Shown piece by piece: positions 41,617-55,467 of a stretch of 64,000 nt of DNA. The notes beneath the pieces are model-generated. The model did no database searches. It saw only the letters and a program-made list of their open reading frames with translations, and was not told the DNA's origin. The position numbers and the translations under genes are program-made. Positions within the stretch are counted from its first letter, which is position 1; each line of letters opens with the position of its first letter. This DNA comes from the human T2T-CHM13v2.0 reference genome, Homo sapiens, in the NCBI RefSeq assembly GCF_009914755.1, contig NC_060947.1. One strand, given 5' to 3'.

Positions 41617-42868
41617 TTACAATCAACAGATTTTTGCCAAGGAGGAATAAGTTTGTTTACGTCTGTAGAATAAAAATATTCACGTTGGGATTAGACAAAC
41701 TCTTCGGAAGCATTGTCTGCATCCTGCTGGTTGTGGAAGCGTTTTCCCTGCAAAAAGTTGTTGAGATGCTTGAAGAAGTGGTAGTCAGTTGGCAAGAGGT
41801 CAGATGAATATGGTGGATGAAACAAAACTTCGCAGCACAGTTCATTCAACTTTTGAAGCAGTGGTTGTGTGACGTGTGGTTGGCAATTGTCCTGGAGAAG
41901 AATTGAACACTTTCTGTTGACCAATGACAGCTGCAACCATTGCAGTTTTTGGTGTATCTCATCAATTTGCTGAGCATACTTCTCAGACGTAATGGTCTTG
42001 CTGGGATTCAGAAAGCTATAGTGGATCAGACTGGCAGTAGGCCACCAAACAGTGACCATGGCCATTTTTTTTGGTGCAAGTTTGGCTTTGGGAGCTGCTT
42101 TGGAGCTTCTTCTCAGTCCAACCACTGAGCTGGTCATCATCGGTTGTCTTATAAAATCCACTTTTCATTGCACATCACAATCTGGTAGAGAAATGATTCA
42201 TTGTTATTGCCTAGAATAAAAGAAGACGACACTTCAAAATAATAATTTTTAAAAAATCATTTTAATCATTAAATTAAATTAAATTAAATTAAGTCATTAA
42301 ACCATTTAAATTTCACTCAGCTCATGAGGCACACACTTATCGAGGCTTTTCACCTTTCCAATTTGCTTCAAATGCTGAATGATAGTAGAATGGTTAACAT
42401 TGAGTTTTCCAGCAACTTTTCATGTAGTTGTAAGAGGATCAACTTCGATTATTGCTCTCAGTTGGCCGTTGTCAACTTCCAATGGCTGGCCACTATGCTC
42501 CTCATCTCCAAGGCTCCCATCTTCTTTGCAAAACTTCCTGGACCACTACTCCACTGTACGTTCATTAGCAGTTCCTGGGCCAAATGCGTTGTTGATGTTG
42601 CGATTTGTCTCCACTGCCTTACAACCCATTTTGAACTCGAATAAGAAATTGAATAAGAAAATTGCTCGTATTTGCTTTTTGTCTAACATCATTTCCATAG
42701 TCTAAAATAAAATAAACAGCAAGTAATGTCATTAGCAAAAATAATTATAATAATAAAGCGAGTAATGTGCATTAAAATGGTGTATAACATAACCACATTT
42801 ATTTAAGAATGTGTTCCAATATCAAACGGCAAATTTCAACATTGCAAAAATTGCAATTACTTTTGCAC
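41617..42868 (-). mobile_element. Hsmar1 mariner transposon, near full length, inactive
   Basis: Transposase relic (ATG 42698 MEMMLDKKQI; MVTVWW; DN..PH; PPYSSDLLPTDYHFF); partial 5' TIR ...gcaattacttttgcac at 42868. Confidence 0.96.
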
Positions 42869-44466
42869 TCATGTGTTGGGGGTGCAGTGATAAACTATTC
42901 AATTGCCAGGACACAGTTGCTAAGTTTAATGAACCCCAACATTTTCTTCCATTCTTGTTTCACTCGTCTCATGATCCAAATGTCAGAGAAAGAGACTCCA
43001 AATGACTGAGCTTATCTCACTTGTCCACTCTATTTCTATTTTCATTACAATGCAATAAGAACAAAGTTTGGAAAAAGGATTATTTCTTTTTAATTTCCCA
43101 ATACTAAGTTTCTATAATTCAGTAAAAGTAAATTAAGTCAGGAAAAATCTAAACACAAAAAAATCAAAATCACCAGAATTCTCTTACATTTTTATGCTGA
43201 TATCATACACTATCCCTCCAGCAATTTATATCAGATCACTTGATGTGATTTCCCTATTTAGAATCAATACTCTGGAGGAACCAGATTGTAGCAGCATCTC
43301 TAAAGTCATCAGAGGTGTCTCAGAGGCCTGAAGAAAAGGAAAAGAACTAGTGCTTGGACTACAGATGCCTCACTCCACTTCAACCAAAGCCTCATCTCTT
43401 TCATTGGTTTATTTTAGCAGAGTTCTATTACCAAAAGTGTGTTTGAAAACCACTGATCAAAGGCCCCATATAAATAGTTAATATTATAACTAAATTCCCT
43501 TAAATCTGTGTAGTGCTGTCTGATTTCTTATGGAAAATCGGAACTAAAAATTTGGAAAATTTGGCAGCCATCACGTTTGTTATGTGGTAAACCTCTTTGA
43601 ATTCCTACTTTTTTTTTTTTCTAGCTATCCTTAACACCAGAAACTATATGCCCATTTACATCAATTCTCATTACCCACTTCTCTTCCATTCCTTCTCAGG
43701 GATCTAATAAAGAAAAATGGGGTTGTTTATGTCTTTAACAGGTAACTAATTGGAAAAATCTTCTAAAAATTAACACTATAAATTTAAAGGTGAACTAAGA
43801 CAAAAGTAAACCAATGCCTTGTACAGTAAATAAACTTATTTGATCTTCCCCAGGCTTTAAAAAATTTGATGAAAAATTGCACATATCATATCATCTCCAT
43901 CATAAATAACAATTCTGGGAAATCCACAGACATTTAAAAATTCTTGTACTACTTACTTTTATGACTAATGTTTTGATCATCCTGTCTGCCTGCTTTGATT
44001 GCTTTTTTCAAACCAAAATATATTTTTTCCAAGAAAGAAATTTTCTCAAAAAAAGAAAGCTACACAATAATTCTGAAAATGTTCCATATTATTTTGATAC
44101 GTTACCTGACTTTCCAATTTAACTATTTACTATTGTTTCTGATAGAGTGATACAGTTAACCAAGAAACTGTTTTGAAATTTAGAAAAATAAATGTAGTAA
44201 CCTGACATACACTAACATATAGTTTAAAGAGTTGGCATTATAGGAAGTGCATTGGTGAAGATGAAGCCTATTCTAAATGGTCCGAACTTGAGAGACAATA
44301 CTAGAAATCTCCTTTACTTGTTGGGATCATTAATCTTCTTTTAGCATTAAGGGCTACGTAGTAATGAAATAATTGTTAACAAAGCAAATAAGCAGAATAG
44401 TTATTCTCAACACTGAGTTAGGCTTCCCACCAATTAAAAAAAAAGCAATATCAAGAAGTAAATGAA

Positions 44467-45874
44467 GGAGGGTAGAGCATAATGTTGGAATAGAAGCTTT
44501 CATCATTCTTCCCCCATGCAGGAATACCACATTTTAAAAACTATCTGCACACAGAAAAGCACTGTCACAAGAACCAAAATTCATGTGAGCAATCACAGTA
44601 TCTGGTTGTAACTTCATATCACAGAGAAAAGGCACTGAAGAGGGTAGGAAAGAAAGTCTTGAATCACTGACACTACCCCTGCTCCATCCCCGGCAGAGGC
44701 CATCCAGCCATCCAACACAGAGAGACTGTGCACTTGAAAGAGGGAGAATGCAGTGACTGGGGGACTTTACATTGAACTCAGTGCTACCCTATGATAGCAT
44801 AGAGAAAAGTTGTGCTGGGCTCAGCCAGCACCTGAGCATAGAGGGAGCATTTGGACCTGACCTAGCCAGAAGGGTATCACCCATGCCAGTGGTCAAAACT
44901 TGAATTTGTTGACAAGCCTTAACACTGCAGGCCAAAGTACTCTGGGGTCCTAGGTAAACTTGAGAGACAGTCTAGGACACAAGGGCTACAATTCCTAAGC
45001 AACTTTTTGTGCTGGTCTAGGCTCAGAGCCAGAGGACTAGAGTGGCATGTGACCTAGGGAGACACCAGCTGGCACGATTAAGGGAGGGCTTTGCCACCTG
45101 TCCTCCAGCCCCAGGCAGTGCAGCTCACAGCAACAAAATAACTTCTTTCTTCTGCTTAAGGAGAAAAGAGCAAAGATTAAAGAGGACTTTGTCTTGCAAC
45201 TTAGATAGCAGCTCAGCTTCAGTAGAACAGGGCACCAGAGCCATGAGGTCCTATAGTCCAGACAATATTTTCAGACAAAGGCTGGGCCAAAAGGAAACTC
45301 ACTGCCCTGAAAGGAAGGATATAGTCCTGGCAGGATTCATTACCTGATGACTAAAGAGCCCTTGGGCCCTGAATAACCAGTAGTAATTTCAAGGTAGTAT
45401 GCTGTGGACCTTGGGCTCTGAGATGTGTCGACTATAGGTTTGACTCAGCACATCCCCAGCTGTGTTGGATATGGTGAATGAAAGACTCCTTCTCTTTTAG
45501 AAAAGCATAGGAAAAAGTAAAGGCAACTCTGTTTTGCACCTTAGGTACCAGCTCAGCCACAGTGGCCAGAGTAACAGGCAGACACTTGGGGTCTCTGAGT
45601 GCAGGCCTAGGCTCTTGGGCAGCATTTCTGGACCTGCCCTGGGCCAGAGGGGAGACCACTAACCTGAAAGGTGAGTCCCAGGCCTGGCAGCATTCCTCAC
45701 AAACTAAATGAAGAGCTATTATAAATAAACTCCATTTGTTTTGGGGAAGACAAGAAGAAAAACAAACAAACAGACAAGATTCTCTGCATTGTAATCTAGA
45801 GAATTCTTCCAGATGTTATCTAAGACCATGAAGACAGTACCTCTACAGGTCTGCAAAAACCACAGTGATATTAG
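44467..45874 (+). mobile_element. L1MA/PB-type 5'UTR only
   Basis: Homologous to the 5'UTRs at 29560 and 46621. Confidence 0.85.
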
Positions 45875-45875
45875 A

Positions 45876-45998
45876 CATCCATGTCCCTGCAGAGGACATG
45901 AATACTATGGCTGCATAGTATTCCATGTTGTATATGTGCCACATTTTCTTTATCCAGTCTATCATTGATGGGCATTTGTGTTGGTTCCAAGTCTTTGT
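45876..45998 (-). mobile_element. Short L1PA 3' ORF2 fragment
   Basis: catccatgtccctgc...gtgccacattttctttatccagtctatcattgatgggcattt...ccaagtctttg. Confidence 0.88.
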
Positions 45999-45999
45999 A

Positions 46000-46615
46000 G
46001 CAAACATTTAAAACTTGTAACTAATATTAACCAAAATAGTTTGACTATGATGGAGCTCACATTTTAGTAATAATAAATATTTATTATTTATAATAAAGAT
46101 AAGAGGTAAAGATAAAGTGATATGGTTGAGATAAAATATAATTTTATATAACACAATAAAATACAATATAATACATAACACCAGGCAGTGACACGTGCTA
46201 CATGGAAAAACAAAGTGGGGAAAGGGGCTAGTAAAGTGGGAACTATTTTATATAGGGTGGTGACGAAAGGCCTCTCTGAGAAAGTGACATGTAAGCAGAG
46301 ATTTGAATGAAATGAAGAAGCTTTGATGGTGAAAAATATTACAGGCAAAGGTAATAGCAACAGAAAGTTTCTTTGTTGGAAAAGAATTTGATGTTGTTAA
46401 GGGACTATAAGAAGGCCAGCATGAACAGCGTAAGAGGAAAGTGATAGTAGATAAGATGACATACTCGAGACAGATCATGTAGGACCTTGTGGCTCCTGAT
46501 ATGGGGTGTGGATTTTCCTTAGAGTGAGTGGATAGCCATTCGATAATTCAAGAGACGTAATTTGACCATTTTGTGAGAATCGTTTTTATTATTGTGTGAA
46601 AAAAACAGTGTTAGT
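46000..46615 (-). mobile_element. L2 fragment
   Basis: gggtggtgacgaaaggcctctctgagaaagtgacat...gatttgaatg...gtaggaccttgtggc. Confidence 0.8.
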
Positions 46616-46620
46616 GTGGA

Positions 46621-49600
46621 GGAGGGGGAGAGAGGAAGAGCAAGATGGCAGAATAGAAGGCTCCATTGATCAGCCCTTCCAGCAAAGACATGGATTTAAC
46701 AACTACCTACACAAAAAAAGTACTTTTAGAAGAACCAAAAATCAGGTGAGCACTCACAGTACCTGGTTTTAACTTCGTATTATTGAAACAGGAACTGAAG
46801 AGGTAGAAAAAAAGTATTTAATTGCTAGAGACACCTCTCCCCCTTGCCCCTGTAGCAGCTGCATGGTACAGAGAACTTCTCTGGGCACTGAGGGAGAGAG
46901 AACACAGCAATTATGAGGCAATGAACTCAGTGCTGTCTTGTTAGAGCAGATAGGAAAACTAGACCAAACTCAGCCGATGCCCACCCACAGACAATGCATT
47001 TAAACCAGCTCTAGCCAGAAGCGAATCACCCATCCCGGCAGTTGGAACTTGAGTTCTTGCAAAGCACACCACCGTGGGCTGAAGTTCTCTGAGTCTGTTA
47101 GTATACTTGAAAAGCAGTCTAAGACACAAGGACTGCAAATCTTAAATGAGTCCTAGGGTTGAACTAGTCCCAGAGACAGAGGACTGGGGAGCCATGTGAC
47201 CTACTGAGACACCACCTAGGGCAATTAAGGGAGTGCTGGCATCACCTCTCAACCAGGCTGCACAGCACGCATCTCCAAAAGAGACCCTTTCCCTCCCGTT
47301 AAAGAGAGGAGAGGGAAAAGTGGAGTGGACGATGTCTTGCACCCTGGATAACAGCTCAGCCACACCAGGCTACAGTACCTGTCAGAGTTGTGAGGTACCT
47401 GTTTAAGACTAGTTCCCAGATCACAGATCACATAGACACACTCTGGGCCAGAACACAACACATTGTCTTAAAGGAAAGAACCCAGTCCTGACAGCATTGT
47501 AAGTCTCCTCTGTCTTTGGAAAGGGAAGGGAACAGTAGAAAAGACTGCATCTTGTGGTTTGAGTGACAGCTTAGCCACAATACAATAGAACACCAGATAG
47601 ACTTCTAAGGTCTTTGACTAGTTTCTAACTCTAGGATAAAACCTCTGGACCCACCTGGGGCCTGAAACAACTTGCCAACCTGAAGGGAAAGATACACGCC
47701 AGGTTGGTTTTGCCACCTGCTTATTGTAGAGCCCCAGGGCCTTAAGTGAACACAGACAGTAGCCAGGGAGTAGTTATAGCAAGGCTTTTGTGAGATCCAG
47801 TACTGTGCTGGCTTCAAATCTGACCCAGTGCAGTCACAGAGGTGGTGGCCACAGGGAACTTGTCCTAGATCATCAGGCAGTACCTCTATGAGTCTGCAAC
47901 AGCCACAACATTACTGGGCTTTGGCTGTCCCCTAAAGTAGGTACAACTTGGACCACAGCACCAAAGGCTTTTCAAATGTCTGAAAAGTCTTCACAGGAAG
48001 AATGGGGAAAGACTATACCAGACAGTGATTACTACAATAAATATCTAACTATTCAATGCCCAGATACAGAAGAACATCTAGAAGTATCAAGATAATTCAG
48101 GAAAACATGACCTCACCAAATGAACTAAATAAGGCTCCAGAAATCAATCCTAGAGAAAGATAGATATATGACATTTGAGACAGAAAATTCAAAATGCCTG
48201 AGTTGAGGATACTAAAAACAGCTCAAGATAACACAGAAAAGATATTCTGAATTACATCAGATACCTTTAGCAAAGAGATTTACATAATTCTAAAATTACA
48301 GCAGAAATTCTGAAGCTAAAAAATTTAATTGGCATACTAAAGAATGTGTGAGTCTTTCAATAGCAGAATGGATCAAGCAGAAGAAAGAATTAGTCAGCTT
48401 GAAGACAGGGTATTTGAAAATATACAGACAGAGGAGAAAAAAATACAATAAAAAAATGCATACAGGATCTAGAAAATAGCCTCAAAAGGGCAAAGCTAGG
48501 AGTTATTGGCCCTAAAGATGATGTAGAGAAAGAGATAGGGAAAGAAAGTTTATTCAAAGTGAGAATAACAGAAAACTTTGCAAACTTAGAGAAAAATATC
48601 AAGTCTAAGTACAAGAAGGTTATAGAACACCAAGCAGATTTAACACAAAGAAGACTACCTCAAGGCATTTAAAAATAAAACTTTCAAAGATCAAAGTTCA
48701 AGAAAGGATCCTAAAAGTTGTAAGAGAAAATAAACAACACACACAAGGGAGCTTCAATACATCTGGCAGCAGACTTTTTAGTAGAAATCTTACAGGACAG
48801 GAGAGAGTGGCACGACATATTCAGTGTGCTGAAAGAAAAATCTTTTAACCTAGAATAATATATCTGGCAAAAATATCCTCCAAATGTGTAGGAGAAATAA
48901 AGACATTCACAGACAAAAGCTGAGAGCTTTTATAAACACCAGACCTGTCCTACAAGAATAATTTTGAAAACTATACAAATACATGCAAATTAAACTATAT
49001 GTTCTTGAATGACCAGTGGGTCAATAAAGAAATTAAGAAAGAAATTGAAGAATTTTTTGAAACAAATAATAATGGACACACATCATACAAAAACCTATAG
49101 GATAGAGCAAAAACAGTATTAAGAGGGAATTTTATAGCTATAAATGCCTAAATCAAAAAAGATGGAAAACTTCAAATAAACAACCTAACAATGCACCTCA
49201 AAGAACTAGAGAAGCCACAACAAACCAAACCAAAAATCAGTTGAATAAATAAATAATAAAGATCAGAGCAGATATAAATGACATTGAAATGAAGAATACA
49301 AAATATCAATGGAACAAAATGTTAGTTTCTTGCGAAGTTAAACAAAATGAACAAACATTTAACAAAACAAAGAAAATAAGAGAGATAATCCATATAAATA
49401 AAATCCAAAATAAAAAAAGGGAGACATTACAACTGATACTGCAAAAAATGAAAGTATCATTAGTGGCTACTTTGAATAACTGTATGTTAATAAATTTGAA
49501 AAGATAGAAGAAATGGACAAGTTACTAGATACATACAACCTGCCAAGATTGAACAGGGAAGAAAACCAAAATATGAACAGACCAACAAGAAGTAACAAGT

Positions 49601-52600
49601 TCAAAGCCATAATAAAAATTTTCCAAGTAAAGGAAAGCATGGGTCCCAATGGCTTCACTGCTGGATTCTGCCAAATATTTAAAGAAGAGCTAATACTAAT
49701 TTTCCTTCAACTTTTAGAGGAGGGGGGAATACTTCCAAACTTATTCTGTGAGGCAAGTATTACCCTGATACCAAAACAAACCTTAGCAAAAGAAAACTAC
49801 AGACCAATATCTATGATGAATATTGACAAAAATCCCTAACAAAATACAAGCAAAGCAAATTGAACAATACATTAGAAAGATCATTCATTGTGACCAAATT
49901 GGATTTATTCCTGGGATACAAGGTTAGTTCTACATATGCTAATCAATCAATGTGGTACATCATTTTAACATAATAAAGGATGAAAACGATTTTATTTCAA
50001 TTAATGCTGAAAATGCATTTAATAAAATTGAATGTGACTTCATTATAAAAATCCTCATTAAAATGGAAATAGAAGGAACATATCTCAACAAAATAAAAGC
50101 CATATACAACAGACCCACAGCTAGTATTATACTGAATGAGAAAAACCTGAAAGCCTTTCTCTAAGATTTAGAACATGACAAGGATGCCCACCTTCACACC
50201 TGTTATTTAACTAGTACTGTAAGTACTAGCTAGAATAATGACAAAAGAGAAAGAAATGGCATCCAAATTTGAATGGAAGAAGTAAAATTATCCTTGTTTG
50301 CAGATGATATGATGTTATATTTGGACAAACCTAAAGACTCTACCAAAAAACTGTTAGAATTGATACACAAATTCAGTAAAGTTGCAGATACAAGATCAAT
50401 GTACAAAAATTCATAGCATTTCTATATGCCAACAGTGAACAATCGAAAAAAGAAATTTTAAAAGTAATCAAATTTATAATAACCAAAAATAACATTAAAT
50501 ATCTAGAAATTACCTTAATCAAATATGTAAAAGGTCTCTATAATACAAAATAGAAAACACTGATAACAGAAATTGAAGAGGATACCAAAAAATAGAGAAA
50601 TATTCCATGTTCATGGATTGAAAGAATCAATATTGTTAAAATGTCCATACCAACCACAGCTATCTACAGATTTAATGTAATCCCTATCAGAATACCAATA
50701 ACATTATTCACAGAAATAGAAAAACAAATCCTAAAATTTATATGGAACCACAAAAGACCCAGAATAGCCAACAATATAACAAGCAAAAAGAACAAAACTG
50801 GAGAAACACATTAACTGACTTCAAATTATACTGCAGAGCTATGCTAACCAAAGCAGCATGCTACAGGAATAAAAAGAGACATGTAGACCAATAGAACAGA
50901 ATAGAAAACCCAGAAACACATCCACACACCCACTGTGAACTCACTTACAATAATAGTGCCAAGAACATAGACTGGTGAAAAGACAGTCTCTTCAATAAAT
51001 GGTGCTGGGAAAACCAGATATGCATATACAGAAGAATTAAACTAGACTCGCATCTCTCACCATATATGGAAATTTAAAAATGCAGATTAAAGACTTGAAT
51101 CTAAAGCCTCAAACTATGAAACTAATACAAGAAAATATTGTGGATAATCTTCAGAATATTGGTCTGGGCAAAAATTTCTTGAGCCATACACCATGATATG
51201 GTTTTACCCAAATCTCATCTTGAATTGTAGCTCCCATAATTCCCACGTGTTGTGGGAGGGACCTGGTGGGAGAGAATTGAATCACAGGGGTGGTTTTCAT
51301 CACACTGTCTCCTGGTAGTGAATAAGTCTCACAGGATCTGATGGTTTTATAAGGGTTTTCCCCTTTCACTTGGCTCTCATTCTCCCTTGCCTGCCACCAT
51401 GTAAGACATGACTTTTGCCTTCAACCATGATTGTGAGGCTTCCCCATCCACGTGGAACTGTGAGTCCATTAAACCTCTTTTTCTTTTGAAATTACCCAGT
51501 TTTGGTTATGTCTTTATCAGCAGCATAAGAACAGAATAATACAGTAAATTGGTACCAGGAGTGGGGCTCTGCTGTAAAGATACTAAAAAATGTGGAAATG
51601 ACTTTGGAACTGGGTAACAGGCAGAGGTTAGAAGAGTTTGAAGGGCTCAGAAGCAGACAGAAAAATGTGAGAAAGTTTGGAACTTCCTAGAGACCTGTTG
51701 AATGGCTTTGACAAAAATGCTGCTGATGATATGGACAATGAAATACAGGCTGAGGTGGTCTTAGATGGAGATGAGGAACTTGTTGGGAACTGGAGTAAAG
51801 GTGACTCTTGCTACATTTCAGTAAAGAGACTGGCAGCATTTTGCCCCTGCCCTAGATATTTATGAAACTTTGAACTTGAGGGAGATGATTTAGGGTATCT
51901 GGCAGAATAAATTTCTAATTGGCAAGATTTTATTTGAAAAGCATTCAGTTTTAAAAGGGAAGCAGAGCATAAAAGTTTGGAAAATTACAGCCTGATGATG
52001 CAATAAAAAAGAAAAACCTATATTCTTGGGAGAAATTCAAGCCTGCTGCAGAAATTTGCATAAGTAACAAGGAGTCAAATGTTAATCACCAAGACAATGG
52101 GAAAAATGTTTCTAGGGCATGTAAGAGGTCTTCACAGCAGCCCTCCCCATTACAGGCCTGGAGGCCTAGGAGAAAAAGAATGGTTTCATGGGCCAGGCCC
52201 AGGGACCCTCTGCTTCATGCAGCCTCGGGGCTTGGTGCCCTGCATCCCAGCCATGCCAGCTGTGGCTAAAAGGGGACAAGGTATAGCTTGGGCCATGGCT
52301 TTAGAGGGTGCAAGTCCCAAGCCTTGGCAGCTTTCACATGGTGTTGAGCCTGTGAGTGTACAGAAGTCAAGAATTGAGGTTTGGGAACTTCTGTCTAGAT
52401 TTCAGAGGATATATGGAAATGCCTGGATGTCCAGGCAAACATTTGCTGCAGGGGTGGAGCCCTCATGGAGAACCTCTGCCAGTGCAGTGTGAAAGAAAAA
52501 TATAAGGTTGGAGCTCCCACACAGAGTCTCCACTGGGGCAGTGCCTAGTGGAGCTGTGAGAAGAGGGCCACTTTCCTCCAAACCCCAGAATGGTAGATCC

Positions 52601-53845
52601 ACTGACAGCTTGCACCATGGACCTGGAATAGCCACGGACACTCAATGCCAGCCCATGAAAGCAGCCAGGAGAAGAGCTGTACCCAGCAAAGCCATGGAGG
52701 TGGAGCTGTCCAAGACCAGGGGAACCCACTTCTTGCATTAGCATGATCTGGATGTGAGACACAGAGTCAAAGAAGATAATTTTGGAGCTTTAAGATTTGA
52801 CTGCTCTGCTGAATTTTGGACGTGTATGGGGTCTGGATCCCCTTCATTTTGGCCAATGTCTCTCATTTGGAATGGATGTATTTCATCATGCCTGTATTCG
52901 TCATGTCTAGGAAGTAACTAACTTGCTTTTGATTTTACAGGCTCATAGGCAGAAGGGACTTGCCTTGTCTCAGACGAGACTTTGTACTGTGGACTTTTGA
53001 GTTAAGGCTGAAATGAGTTAAGACTTTCGGGAACTGTTGGGGAGACATGATTGGTTTTTGAAATGTGAGGACCTGAGATTTGGGAGGAGCCAAGGGCAGA
53101 ATGATATGTTTTGGCTGTGTCCCCATCAAAATCTCATCTTGAATTGTAGCTCCCATAATTCGCACATGTTGTGGGAGGGACCAGTAGGAGATAATTCAAT
53201 CATAGAGGTGGTTTCCCTCATACTGTTCTCCTGGTAGTGAATAAGTCTCACAAGATCTGATTGTTTCATAAAGGGTTTACCCTTTCACTTGGCTCTCATT
53301 CTCTCTTGCCTGCCACCATGTAAGACGTGCCTTTCACCTTCTGCCATGATAGTGAGGCCTCTCCAGCCACATGCAACTGTGAGCCCATTAAACCTTTTTT
53401 CTTTATAAATTTCTCAGTGTTAGGTTGTCTTTATCAGCAGTATAAGAACAGACTACTACACACCATAAGCCTAGGTGATCAAAGAATAAGTGAACAAATG
53501 GGATCACATCAAGATAAAAAGCCTCTGCACAGCCAAAATAAAATAATGTGAAGTGATAACTTACAGAATGCGAGAAAATATTTTCAAATTACTCATCTGA
53601 CAAGGGATTAATAACCAAAATATACAAGGAGCTCAACAACCCTATAGGGAAAAATCTGTAACAATCTGATCAATAAATGGGCAAAATATTTGAATAGACA
53701 TTTCTCAAAAGAAAACTGGCAAATAGTCATATGAAAATGTGCTCAACATCACTGATCATCAGAGAAATGCAAATTAAAAGTACAATGAAATATTTCACCT
53801 CATTTAAAATTGCATATATTAAAAAGACAAGCAATAACAAGGGAA
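46621..53845 (+). mobile_element. Long L1MA/PB element (5'UTR, ORF1, endonuclease-deleted ORF2), interrupted by THE1, 3'-truncated
   Basis: caagatggcagaatagaagg start; ORF2 relics (MDKLLDTYNLPRLN; LFADDM near 50294). Confidence 0.93.
51194..53460 (+). mobile_element. Complete THE1 MaLR provirus: LTR 51194-51543, internal 51544-53101, LTR 53102-53460
   Basis: Perfect 5-bp TSD CACCA (51189-51193/53461-53465); internal begins gtaaattggtacca and ends in PPT ggaggagccaagggcagaa. Confidence 0.97.
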
Positions 53846-53899
53846 ACTTTCTTCTTTTTTCTCCCACATTACATTACATTACCTTAATTTCTTATCTCA

Positions 53900-54630
53900 G
53901 TTAATGTTTTTATTCACTCAACAAGACACCAAATGTTTGAACCATTTCAGATTTTCTCTTTGCTTTTACTTAGCTAAGAATCTCTCCCTAGATTTTGTGA
54001 TAAGGTTTATCTTTATTTTCTTATTTTTTTATCCACTCTCATGTTCAACTCCTTAGTTTGAGCCTAAATGTCTTCAATATTAACTATTACAGTAGCCAAT
54101 TAACTTGGATTTTTGAATACAGATATCTGCTTATCTCTAGAATTTTTTTTATTTAAACTTTGTTTTTATTATGTTGTCCCCTTTCTTAAATAAAAAGTAA
54201 ATATACCCTATAGGCCAGACTCAAACTTCTTTGCCTTGTATCCAGGGTCTTCTAAGTTCTGGTCCAGGCCTTTATTTCCATCATAAGCTCCCATATTCCA
54301 AAAAGCAAGCACTCTATGTCAGTTGAACTAAAACTTTGTAATTCTTACCTTAATATGTTTGTTCATGACATTTTTCTCCCTTAAAAGCCTGCCCTCATTT
54401 TCTTTACCTTGTGAAGTCAAACATATCCTTTTAGGCTCAGATCACATTCTTATCCCACTATGTGATATCTAGTAATCCTACCATCAGGAACGTGATTGCT
54501 ATCTCTTTACCACTTTCTAGAACTTCTTATATACACTATATTTTTTCATGTGATTGACAAACATCTCTTTGCACAAGTATCCAGAACAGTGCATTGTAGG
54601 CATAGAACATGTTCAGAAAACAAGTATAAA
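53900..54630 (+). mobile_element. Decayed L2 fragments
   Basis: tcaatattaactattacagtagc...tatccagaacagtgcattgtaggcatag. Confidence 0.5.
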
Positions 54631-55116
54631 ATGGGACACTATTTTACAGGTTGCTGTGAACTTTAAATGAAGCACCTAAATTAATATAAGCACTTACTAC
54701 AATAGTTGAAAATAGTAGTACCTCAAAAAGTCTTAGCTATCATTAGTTATCATTAATATTTTTAGTTAGTAAGTATAATATCACTTGATACCTTAAACTT
54801 AAAAATTTTCTATATCTCAGAGGTCCTTAAACATATATTAATTGCTTAGGTACTTAATTTTCCCTCAGGTATAAGTTTTGAGAAATATAAATCATTTTTT
54901 AAAAACAAAATTATTTTTTAAGTTAATGTTATTGCTATTACTTTGGAAGGTAATAATAGTTAATTCCTATATGTTTACACAATATTCTTCAAAATATTAC
55001 TCTACCTCGATTTATCCAGAATTCAAAATGTCAGAAAGCTAACATATCCTGAAAATGTTTTATTCTATATTTCAAAACACATTAGCAATAGGCCATTTAA
55101 AAATATGTTTTCACAA

Positions 55117-55467
55117 TGTCTTAGTCCATTTGGGCTGCTATGAAAAACGCTATGTACTGGATAACTTATAAATAATAGAAATTTATTTTTCACAGTTCTT
55201 GAGGCTAAGAAGTCTCAGGTAAATTCTTGCAGACTGTCTGGTGAGTACTCACTCTCATTCATAGACACCTCTTTCCGTGTTACCACATAATGAAAAGAGC
55301 AAAAGTTTATCTCAGGTCTCGATTTTAGAGGCACTAGCTTCATTTATGAGTGCTCTACTCTCATTACCTAATCCCCTCTCAAAGTCCTCATTTCCTTTCC
55401 CCCAACACCTTGGGAGCAGGAATTTCAACATATGAACTTGGGAGGAATGCATTCAGTCCACAAAACA
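55117..55467 (-). mobile_element. MLT1A-like LTR
   Basis: tgtcttagtccatttgggctgcta...atttcaacatatgaacttggg...cattcagtcca. Confidence 0.85.

Noticed and set aside
41691-42161. SETMAR gene or active transposase
   Set aside because: No SET-domain exons; frameshifts, an insertion and a mutated catalytic Asp.
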